The notes beneath the pieces were generated by a model. The model did not search any database. It was not told where the DNA came from and was given only the letters and a program-made list of their open reading frames with translations. 64,000 nt of DNA, taken from Octopus sinensis (Eukaryota). Every line of letters starts with the position of its first letter. Positions within the stretch are counted from its first letter, which is position 1. The stretch lies in the NCBI RefSeq assembly GCF_006345805.1, contig NC_043003.1, positions 69,440,001-69,504,000 of the forward strand, in the 5' to 3' direction. Below are positions 52,848-64,000 of the stretch, in pieces. A program made the translations under genes and the position numbers.

Positions 52848-54007
52848 GGGGTGTTTATGTCTCCATAACTTAGCAGTTCGGTAACAGAGACCAATAGAAT
52901 AAGTACCAAGCTTTAAAAAAAAGTACTGGGATCGATTCGTTTAACTAAAATTCTTCTAGGCAGTGCCCCAGCATGGCCACAGTCTTATGACCAAAACAAG
53001 TAAAAGATAAGAGATACTAACCCTCCTGATATATAACAAAATATTTTTATACACCTTATTAGGCCTTATGACTAAGGAAACCGGAATTGAAAGAAGGCTG
53101 GCATCTGGATGTGTCACACAGACTCACTAGTGTGGGAATACACCTTAATGTCATGTGAACTAGTGCCCATGCCAAAGGGTTAAATAGGCCCTGTGCCTCA
53201 TAGGTAAGCTCAAGAGAGTAGGAGACAAGCAGAGGTAAACTGTAAATAAACTGGCAGAAAGCAGCAGGGAAACCACTGCTGTAGCTGTCTCCCCAAAATT
53301 ATAAATCTTCATACTATGGCATATTCTGCAGGCATTAGAGAGAGGGAGGGAGAGGTTCTGTTAAATTTATTGGTAAAATAGAATCAAGAAAATTCAGCAT
53401 TGGTTTAACTTCAAAAATGCATTGGTGGCATGAAGGAAAAAAAGGAATGAGAAAACCTTCAATATAAAATTTAACTGAGAATATCATTAAGTTTGAAAAT
53501 GTATTTTTTAAGTTCTTTTGATAGACACTAGAAAACACAAATTCACTCTGAGTTTCCAATTAAGATTTTTGTAGGTGTAACAAATTAGAGGTTAAAGGAA
53601 ATTGTCATGCTCAAAAGGTTAACAGGAGTGTGGTACAAAACATAAGCAAAATATAATTCCTTCTCATATATCCAGGGTTATTAGTAAATTTTTTACAGAA
53701 TTTACTATTATAAAGAAGTATACAAAATTAAAAGTTTCAGTATATATTATCTAAATTTTAACACCTTCCACTTCTTTAGTTATAAACATGGAAAACAGCA
53801 ATCTTTTTTTTTTTTTTCATAAATAACTATAGTTACAACTAGATAATGAATACATCTACAAAGTGTTTGCAATGTTACGAAGTATATAATTTATAGGTTA
53901 AGAGGGAACGAAACTTCAATATTGTTTCTTTTACAAAGGAAACAATAACAATTGAAAAAGAAATTCACAAATAAATGTTCACTTGTATTATTAAGTCTTT
54001 TATTTAC

Positions 54008-54085
54008 CTTTGAGTGGAGTCATTAAACGGGGGAGCTGTACGTCTGGTCAGTGGGTGAATAAATGTAGTCCTCTGTGAATTGTGA
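54008..54085 (-). CDS. PLEKHA5/6/7: PLEKHA5/6/7-like exon, C-terminal half of a WW domain (x-HNSQRTTFIHPLTRRTAPPFNDSTQ-R), phase 2/2
   Basis: Acceptor tttttctctattttcag and donor AG|gtaaat; 78 nt, open. HN..TT.IHP matches the WW2 end of vertebrate PLEKHA5/7 (DHNQQTTAFRHP), where I recall an exon junction at the same position. Confidence 0.8.
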
Positions 54086-56394
54086 CTGAAAATAGAGAAA
54101 AAGTTATTGTACTTTTTGTGTACATAACAGATATCAAAGTTGACAGTAAAATAATCCGAGTAGAACAGCAAGTAAAAACAAACCTGAAATTATATATATA
54201 TATAGAGAGAGAAGACAGACAGACAGAGAGACAAACAAAGATTTTTTTTTTTTTTGCTGATTAAAATGTTTTGTGCTTTTGGGGTTGTTGATTTTTTTTT
54301 TGTTTTCTTTCCTCTTTTTTCCTGGAGAAACTAATGTATATGTGTTGCTTTTAAGAAAAATATTTGAACTTTAAGTGAAAGAAGTAAGCCATAATTCCAA
54401 TTCAGTGTACATAAATGTGTTGATAGAGATGTATACGAAGCTGTGAGTTACTTGGAACACAGGTAATAATATGAAAAGTGTTTCTGACAACAGAGAAATG
54501 GCATATCAGAAGGAAAAACATCACTTAGCTGACATTTCTACCAGTATGACATGGCAAACTAGTTTTATTTTTGACACTTTCATTTACTTATTACCAAACA
54601 GTATAATCTATTTGTTACAAAAAAAAATTTATTGTATCTATTCATATGTTGCACTATTTTATACCTGATTAACTGAAAAAAAAAACAAACTAGGCTACAA
54701 TTCATACTTGGAGCAAAGCTAAAACTATGAAAAGAAAACAGTTTGTACCAAGATTTAAAACTAAATTAGAGGCGTGACTTAACAAGTAAATACAGTAGCT
54801 AAACTACTTAATTGCAAACACAAGCAAAGTACTGCTTCATAAAATATAAATTAATTCTTCACATATTCAATGTCAGTTTTTAACATGTGCAAAGATGTTA
54901 AATTGAAATTTATCATAATTAAGTTTTTAACAAAAAAGTACAGTCAATCCTATATCTGAATATAAAAGTATGTGAAAGCATTATTTATTTACCTAAGCGC
55001 TGACAAACCATTTTCATCAGAAAATCTTTAGACTCATCTTGAACTATGCAAGGTGTTGATGGCAAGTTTAGATAGTCAACACAAGAATTTTCCAACTGAA
55101 TAAAAGCCAAGCCAGACAAAGATATTTATAGGGCTGTGTTTCCATAACAGTCACGGCCTTGTCATTGTAATATGAATCTACTCAATTAATATAAAATAGA
55201 TTCAGATGAATGCTCTCATCAAGGAAATAACCTTGTGTTTAGTTAAAAGGTGTTCACAAAAGAATGCCAATAAAATATCTGACTCTGGATACACAAAACT
55301 AGGAATATATTACTGACAATGCACATCACTGCATTCAATTTGTATATCAATTATTTTGCTTGTTTTTTCCTAAATGGTGCAATTAGATAAGGCTGGCATT
55401 TAGTGTCAGTATTTTCTGGTGTTATTAAGAAGCTTGCTTTGCAACCATATAATTTCAGGTTTAGTACCACTGCATGGCACCTTAAACAAGTAACTTCTAC
55501 TATGACCTTGAGCCGACCAATATTTTGTGAGTGAATTTGGGAGATAGAAACAGTGTTGAAGCCTCTGTGTGTGTGTGTGTGTGTCTCTCTCTCTCTCTCT
55601 TTCACCATTACCCCTGGCAACCAGTATTGGTTTCTTTGTGTCCCCTTACCATAGCAGTTTCAGCAGAGGAAACCGATAGAGTAAGTGCAAAGATTTAAGA
55701 ATAAGCAATGGAGTCAATGTGTTTGACCAAAGCCTTCAAGGCAGTGCCCCAGCATGGCCACAGTCCACTGACGAAAATGGGTGAAAGATTTAGTTGATAT
55801 TAAACTTTGTAAGTTAATTAACACTAATAATAATTTACTTTCCTGCATGGGTATTCATTTACACGTAAATATCACCATAAAAAAAAATTAGGAAAATAAA
55901 ATATAATTAAGCAATTTTATTAATTAAAAACAAAATTTATGCAATCAAATTAGCCAGGATATTATTCTTGGCTGAGGAACAAGTCATTAAAATAGTGATA
56001 TAGTGAATAAATACAAAGTGAATAAATACACCTCAGTAGGCTTATCTGATAAGCTTTAAACTTTGCGACAGAAATGTATAATTACTGAATAAAAGGATTT
56101 AGTTTGAAGAATAAATTACAGTTTGATTCAATAAAAATCGAAATATGCATGGAGGTGGTTAAATGCTATTTAGTATAATTTTCTTCATTAAAGTTAATTG
56201 CCAGAAATTAGACCAAATATCCAATTAATTCAAAACTGTTCACGTGTTAATCAACAACATTTTAGCATTTTAACTGAATATTTTAATACTTATTTGATAT
56301 TATTCACAAAATAGTTAAATTGTAATAGCTATGCATCAAATTCTAGTAATCTTTTTTTTTCTGTTAAGTGAATGTTGTTGTCTAGTGTTTGGAA

Positions 56395-57425
56395 AGGTCC
56401 TTGTTCATATGGTTGACGGACCAATCTTGTAATAATTGTTACATGGCTTACTTAGGGACCACCAGATCACAGAACAAGTGAACCTGGTGAAAGGCTTTCT
56501 CCTAATCAATGAATGCAAAGTACAATGGCTTACTTTTAATAAGATACTTTTCTTGAAATTATCTTACTAGAAAGATAGCATCAGTAGTATTTCTCCCTGG
56601 TACAAAACCAAACTGCATCTCATCTAGTCCAATTCTCCTAATTAATTTAGTAGTTAACTTTCTTCATAACTTTCGTAACCTAGTCCAGTATTTTGATACG
56701 TCTGTGATTGCTTTTGTCTATAGGTATCTCCTATATCCTTGTAAAAATTTAATATAATATTGCTAGGTAGTTATTGGGCATGATACCTTCCTGCATTATC
56801 TAATTTACTATAGAGGTGACTAGGCTATATTCCAATCTGCCAGATATTTTAAGCATCTCTGCTGTAATTCCTGACCGACCAGGGGCTTTCCTTGTCTTTA
56901 TATCCTTAATTTCCATATCATACTCTACCAAAAGGGATAGCTGGTCCCACTGTCAGTTCTATATTAGAAAGACCCTCTTTCTGTCATGCCTTTCATAGGA
57001 ATATTTCCATGCCTATTTCATTTCAGAATAATTAAGTATATCATTATCCATCCATACACACTTCTCACCCACATGTTTACTCTCTGTAATACATCATTTT
57101 GCAAAAGTGTCTCACACATCTGATCCTCATGCTGTAGAGCATTGACAATCCCCTTACTTTCTGCTTTTTCCTTTCTCAAATACACCTGTCACCTAACTTC
57201 TCTTCTGGGCTGCCTGGTATAATTCTTTGCTGCCTCCATTCTCCCCAGTCTGTCCAAGCCTGTCTCTTCACTTCATAGGCCCAGTCAACCTTGCTATTCC
57301 ACCATCACAACACGCTTTGTCTGCTTGCATCTTTGCAACAGTCACACATTTGATCATCCAAAAATATATCTTTCAATACAATTTGCCAAACAACATTTTT
57401 TCCAAGTCCATATTTTAGATTGTCT
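56395..57425 (-). mobile_element. Decayed RTE-clade LINE reverse transcriptase fragment
   Basis: KAPGRSGITAEMLK, DEMQFGFVPGRNTTDAIFLVR and AFID*EKAF motifs, with stops and frameshifts. Confidence 0.85.
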
Positions 57426-57468
57426 AAACAAAAAATGTTTTACTCCAATTTCTAAATGTTCTCTAAAT

Positions 57469-57758
57469 CAGTGATTTTCATCCATGGTCCATATGACACG
57501 GGGGAGGGGGGGATGTAAAATTGCATTAAGTTGCTTTAGAAGAAATTCTACAAGACATTTCTACAACACAATTCTACAATACAATTCTACAATATACGAA
57601 ATATTTTACCAATTTCTTCATACAATTCCTTGTAATATTTAATAATTATAAAAGCGTAATAGGATTTTTTAAACATTGAATGGCTATGAAGGTTGACCTG
57701 AGCAAAATAGAAATCAAAGAGAGGTCCATAGGCAAAAAAAAATAGTTGAGAAACACTG
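57469..57758. mobile_element. hAT/Charlie-like MITE
   Basis: TIRs CAGTGATTTTCA / TGAGAAACACTG; degenerate 8-bp TSD CTCTAAAT / CTTTGAAT. Confidence 0.7.
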
Positions 57759-59821
57759 CTTTGAATCATTCTAAGATCTGACAAGTACAAGAAAGACAAT
57801 TTTTATTTCATGGATGAGATCTAATAAGTTCAAAACAAGTCTGGAAATATTGTATTTACCAAAGACCAGACTAACTCCTCCTACTACATGTCCCACCCCA
57901 TCCATCAAAGCTTTACTAAACCTGAATTTTGTAATTATCTCCCTTGTTTCTTTTGACAATTATTACAACTAGTGACTTTTCCCTACATTATGGAGTAAAT
58001 TTACTTACATTTGGCAGAGATTCAGCTGTAATAATTACATTAGCCCATCCCACTCAGCTATACATTAAAGAAATGCAGCAATATGTTTTACAAAAAAATT
58101 ACTTTATACTTTATCAAAAGTCAATTCATAAGAAACTAAAATAAAACAGATTGCTTGCAAATAAAACTTGCATTTCTTTTTTTAAAATACATTTCTAAAG
58201 ATAACAGAATGAAAGCTTTCAAGAATACTTTTTATTTACATACTGCATAGGTAAGAATGACTTACAATCACACACAGTAAAAATAGATTTATTTAAATAT
58301 ATTCTGATATAATTTTTAAAATAAGTTTTATGACCTGATATATGAATTTCTAAAGCATTTTGTAATGGAAATTCATTGTTAATAGCATAGTAGTTTATAT
58401 ATCTGTAACACTCAAAACCTGTTTCTTTTACATGCCATGGTCATGTGGTTTCCTTTGCTTTTTGATACAAAGATATATATTTTAATGTTTATACATATTC
58501 CTTATTACTTTATATTCAATAATGGAAAAGATATTTTCTATGACCTTAATCTTAAAAGTAGAAGAATTAAACTATTATTATATCTAAGTTTTCAGCTATT
58601 TTGAAATCATCATCACCACGTTTCCATGCTTATAGAGGTTGGACAGAGTTTATTGAAGTAAATTTCTACAACTGGATGCCCTTCCTGTCACCAACCCTTA
58701 CCTGTTTCCAAGCAAGTTAATGTTTTGCCATGGCCAGATATGATTTCACAGACTATTGATAATGAATGACACTACTTGTATGACAGTGACACGCATTTAC
58801 AACTGCCATGGGGTATCAAGAAAAGATGACACAAACACACATACATATATAAAAGTGGCTTTTTTTTTCAGTTTCTATCAACCAAATCCTGTCAGGAGAC
58901 TGATTATAATGCAGTTACCTGAAAAATCTGAGGTAACACAACATGAAAATGAACTTTAAGATATAAGATAAACCAAACATTCAAATTTAAGTTCACTGGT
59001 ATTTTCATTCTATGTGCTGTAGTGGTCAATGCCAGTGCCGCCTGACTGGCTCCCATACCAGTGACACGTAAAAAGCACCAGTCAAGCATGGTTGATGCCA
59101 GTGCCACCTGACTGGCCCTCATGCTGGTGACATGTAAAAAGCACCCACTGCACTCTCAGAGTGGTTGGCCTTAGGAAGGGCATCTAGCTGTAGAAACCTT
59201 GCCAGATCAGATTGGAGCCTGGTGCAGCCACCTAGCTTGCCAGTCCTCAGTCAAACCGTCAAACCCATGCCACCATTTTCATTCTATGTGCCATAGTGGC
59301 CAATGCCAGTGCCACCTGACTGGTTCCCATGCCGGTGGCATGTAAAAAGCACCATTCGAGTGTGGTCAATGCCAGTGCTGCGTGGCACCTTGGGCAAATG
59401 TCTTCTACTATAACCTTGGGCTGACTAAAGTCTTGTGAACGGATTCAGCAGACAGAAACTGAAAGAAGCCAGATGTGTGTGTGTGTGTGTCTTTTCCCCA
59501 CCACCACTTGACAACTGGTGTTGGTGTGTTTATGTCCCCATAACATAGCAGTTCAGCCAAAGTGATCAATAGAATAAGTATGAGGCTTAAAAAATAAACA
59601 CCGGGGTCGATTCATTCAGCTAAAATTCTTCAAGGCAGTGCCCCAGCATGGCCACAATCTAATGACTGAAACAAGTGAAAGACAAAGATCCCATGACATA
59701 ATGTGTCATCATCATCATTTAACATCTGCTGGCATGGGTTGGACAGTTTGACTGAGGACTGGCGAGCCAGATGGCTGCACCAGGCTCCAATCTGATGTGT
59801 GTGTGTGTATATGTATGTATG

Positions 59822-59881
<60 letters not shown>

Positions 59882-62085
59882 TACACACACATACACACAC
59901 ACAAACAACCCATACCAGCATGGAGAATGGATATTAAATGATGGTAATAATGATATATAGTTTTAATGAGGTTTGTAAGTTGCTATGGTAATCTAAAAAT
60001 GATCAGATATCCAGAAAATTCAGTAATCTGTCGACCCTTCAGTCTCAGTAGTGCCTGATAGGAAGTATTTTACTTTATTTAGCTTCAATACACTGAAGAA
60101 ACTAAGCAAAATTTACTACATGAAAACTATACAGAAACCCATCACATGTTTATTTGTGTTTAGATTTACACTTATCGAAAGTCTGGTGTTGTTCATGTTG
60201 TTGTATCTCGATGTCCTATACCTTAGCAGTTCAACAAATACAGATTGATAAAATAAGCACCAAACTGAAATAAAAGTGCTTTGGTTGAAATGATTGACCA
60301 AACCCTTCTTGAAGGTGGCACTGAAGCATGACCACAGACCAATGATTGAAACCAATAAAAGAATAGAGAGAAAGGGTGGAAAATGAAAAGCAATTAGTAG
60401 TAGTCTGTTAACACCATACACTTAGAAGAAGCTTTATACCCACCTCCCAGTACAACACTTATGAACATATGTTCTTTTGTGTGTTTTTTTTTTTAATAGA
60501 CTTAATAAGAAAAGGACAGGCAATATCCAAGACCCTTTCAAGGACTTCTAAGATTGGTCAGAGAAGGGTAGATGGTTATCTGCATGCAGGAAACCTGGCT
60601 CAAATGCTGGCGATGGAGTAGATTCCAGTGAAGGCACCAAAGAGCCAGATTGTACTGTAAAAACTAGTATACCAACAGGAATAGTTATTCTTATGAGCTT
60701 CCACACAGTTTCTGATTATCAAATTTTACTCACAAGGCTTTTGTCAGCCTGAGGCTATAAAAGACATTTATTCAAGGCTTCATACAATGGAATTGAAACT
60801 AAAACCATGTAGTTGTGAAGTAAAATTCTGAACCATACAACTATGTCTGAGGAAGAGAAAGTAAAAAAAAAAAATGGCTTAACCTACAGCTTTAAATTAC
60901 AATCAGAAATGATTCAAAATAGTTGTTAATAATCAAGATATTATTACCCACAAGGTCCAGTCTTTGTTGTAATGTGATAGCTTCCATGTATCAGTTGCCT
61001 AGACACATATGCCAGGAGAACTCAAGCCCCTTGTAGGGCCTACCGTGTTGGACAGGCCAAAAGATAGAGACCAGATATAGACCACCTCTTCCCAGAGGTC
61101 AAAACAGATTTGTGTAGGGCAAACAGCTCTGACTAGAAAAACCAAGCCCAGGGAGAAGGCCTTAAAGGCAACCCAGCACCAAGAAAAGTGGAGAACAGTC
61201 ACTGATGGCCCAATGCTCCATAGGGAGAGAAAGGTTTAAGAAAGATGGTTTTATGATTATTAATCTCAAAGAATTAGAACAACTACAAGAGTTTGCTTTT
61301 TTTATGCTGATTTTTATTGATTAGACATAAAGTCTGTTTTATAAAAGACAGCTATAAACCAAATTGATACATTTACAGATATTTGTTTTATTGATACCAA
61401 AGGGATAGAAATCAAAACAAACCCTAATGGTTCACTTAACCTCAGATTGTTTCATATAATAACAGTTATTGCTTTTCCACATAATTTTCATTTCGGTTAT
61501 TTATTTATTTTATATTACTTTTTGTGAACTCTAATGTCATTGGTTACAGATTTCTGACAGGCTAATTACTGGTTCACTATATTTACAACAGTCAGAATGG
61601 CAAGGGAGTATTTGTGAAACTGAAGTCAAATATATAACACCAAAGGGTAATTTTTGTTGGAAAGCACTGGTTGATAGATTTTCTTGCCAATTCTTACGTC
61701 TTTCACCAATATACATCAGTAAAGAACACACACACACACACACACAATTTCTGTTTCAAACAAGGTGCAAATGCAGCTATGTGTTTAAGAAGTTTCTAAT
61801 AGAGCCCTGAGTTAACCAAAGCCTTGAAAGTGGATATGGTAGATAGAAACTGAAATAAGCCTGTTGTGTGTGAGTTGGTGTGTGTGTGTCTGTCCATCCT
61901 TGTCTTGACATTTGCATGATTGTTATAAATGAATGTCCTGTCTATTATTCTGCATAAACATGTCTGGCCATGTTGGAGAAATATTACCTTGCTTGGAAAG
62001 AAGTAAAGGTTAGCAGCAGGAAGAACATCCAGCTGTAGAAAATCTGCCTCAATAAACTGTCTGACCAATGCAAGCTTGGAAAATC

Positions 62086-62335
62086 ATCATCATCATCATC
62101 ATTTAGCGTCCGCTTTCCATGCTAGCATGGGTTGGACGGTTCAACTGGGGTCTGGGAAGCCAGAAGGCTGCACCAGGCCCAGTCTGATCTGGCAATGTTT
62201 CTACGGCTGGATGCCCTTCCTAACGCCAACCACTCCGTGAGTGTAGTGGGTGCTTTTTACGTGCCAGACGGGGCTGGCAAACGGCCACGGTCAGATGGTG
62301 CTTTTTACGTGCCACGATGATGATGATGACCATGA
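62086..62335 (-). mobile_element. RTE-tailed non-autonomous retroelement, young copy (family also at 10658, 13905, 34270, 39705, 48385, 51050, 51480, 59020, 62550)
   Basis: (ATG)n tail with GCATGGAAAGCGGACGCTAAA terminus; CpGs retained. Confidence 0.8.
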
Positions 62336-63416
62336 TGATAAAGGCAATAGCAGAAGACACTTGCCCAAGTGCCGTACAATGAGGTTAAATCTGGAATCAC
62401 ATGGTTTTGAAGCAAATTTCTTCATGTTACCATGTCTGCAAGGAGAGGCAGCATAGTCAACCGATTTTGTAATGGTATGCACAAAGAATCTCCTTAAAAT
62501 GTTGGCACTTAATATCAAGTTCTTTTACAGTAATAAATTTCAACTGGGCATCAAGGGGGCAATGACCAAGACCTTTGGCATTATGTCGAGCTTGAGAAGA
62601 AGACCCATCAAGCCAAGCAAAATCTGTCATGGCAGATACTGGTGTCACACAAATGGCACCCATGCCGGTGGCATGTAAAAGCACCCGTTACACTCTCAAA
62701 GTGGTTAGCATTAGGAGGGGCATCCAGCCATAGAAAACCATGCCAAACCAGACTGGATTTTGGTGCAGCTTTCCAGTGTGCCAGCCCAGTCAAACCATCC
62801 AACCCATGCTAGCATAGACAACAGATGCTAAATGATGATGATGATGATAAACAGTTTTATGCTGAAGGAATCAGGGTTTGGATTTCTAAAATATTATCAA
62901 GTAAAGTATGGCTCTGTGAAGGCACAGGCATAACTCAATAGCTCAGAAGCTTACTTTGCAACTGAAATCATAAGACCTCAGTTGATACTTTCTAATCATT
63001 TTTAATGGTTCCATTTGGTGGCAAAGCAGCCCTCAGCCTTTTTTACCTGGTGGAGAAGAAGGGACATCTTATAGATCATCCTCAGATTGAACACTGAATC
63101 TAAGGCTTTGATGAAGTGAACTCCATTGAAAAAACCCAAACACTAGGTGGAAGTTTTAAACTGAGAGGAGAAATAAGTCTACTGTCCACTTAGCAAAAAA
63201 AAAAAAACTTTCTTTTTTTAATCCTTTGCCTATCCAAAACATTTTCATAAGTTTGTCCTAGATGTCCAGGCTTTTGGTCAGCCCTTCTTTCACATATGTC
63301 TGTGTAATATAAAGCTTTCCTTTCATAAGTCCCGAGTTACTCTGATGGTTGGGAAAAAAATTAGGAATGTGTATCATATACAATGCATGGACACTAGCGA
63401 AATATGTCTTGTGCAT

Positions 63417-63707
63417 CAGTGTTACTCAAAGTGGTAGTCCGCGGACCAGCGCTGGTCCGGGAGCCATCAGCTGCCGATATGTGGCAAGTTTCCAGAAAGG
63501 AAAGAAACATTATAAAATGCTTATGTAATATTGTATTATTTGTTTACAAAATAAATATAAGATTAAAAAAAATCATCAGCTTTTTTTATATTCATTATAT
63601 ATAATGTTTCCTGTAAAAATTAATATTACTAAGAAATATTACTGGTCCCTGGCACACTAGAAAAAAAAACTGCTTGTATGCCACGTCAGATAGTTTGAGA
63701 AGCACTG
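63417..63707. mobile_element. hAT/Charlie (MER5-like) MITE
   Basis: TIRs CAGTGTTACTCAAA / TTTGAGAAGCACTG; TSD TTGTGCAT / CTGTACAT (6/8). Confidence 0.75.
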
Positions 63708-64000
63708 CTGTACATCACATGTGACCCACAGAACAGAGATCTTTTCAATTCATACAAAAAAAGGAAAAAATACACTTGCTGTTATAAAAGTTGTTATGAT
63801 ACAGTATATGCATTGTTTAGTGTTGTAACTGAACTACTTACTAGATTTTACAAGAAGGTGACATAACCTAATTTGAATCCTATCAAAATCTCACAAAACT
63901 ATAACTTCAATGGATAAAAAGCATTTGTGTCATCAACAAAAGTATAATATGTCAGGTGTGTTAATTTGATATTTTATGTCTGAGCAACTGATTGTCTAAT

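Noticed and set aside
61000-61230. Possible coding fragment
   Set aside because: Probably a decayed RTE-type LINE 3' end (ATGGCCCAATGCTCCATAGGGAG tail, echoed at about 1405-1430); too degraded to call.

Overview
AT-rich, microsatellite- and retroelement-dense eukaryotic DNA. The SINE families and compound (TA)n/(CA)n tracts look like Octopus/coleoid cephalopod sequence (inference). The window is almost entirely introns of one minus-strand gene, a WW + PH domain scaffold of the PLEKHA5/6/7 (PEPP/kramer) family. Eight exons have GT-AG ends; seven join in frame (20366-20409 down to 3494-3563), while the WW exon at 54008-54085 needs a linking exon I could not find. The gene extends beyond both window edges. 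The introns hold tRNA-derived SINEs, RTE-, R4- and Rex3-like LINE remnants, a dead mariner nested in a hAT element nested in a SINE, hAT, piggyBac and Helentron-like MITEs, and retroelement-internal minisatellites. The most interesting non-standard signals are: (1) a Penelope-type inverted repeat carrying a minimal hammerhead ribozyme on the host gene's sense strand (50907-50950); (2) an in-frame hydrophobic cassette exon behind a CAG/TAG tandem acceptor, which could give a membrane-anchored or a truncated isoform, in a protein whose PH domain lacks the beta1 lipid-binding lysine; (3) a 3 x 630 bp tandem triplication ending at a hAT MITE target-site duplication; (4) candidate microexons, one next to a long hairpin. 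Most entries in the ORF track are microsatellite or repeat artefacts. Coordinates were read by eye; SINE boundaries are approximate.
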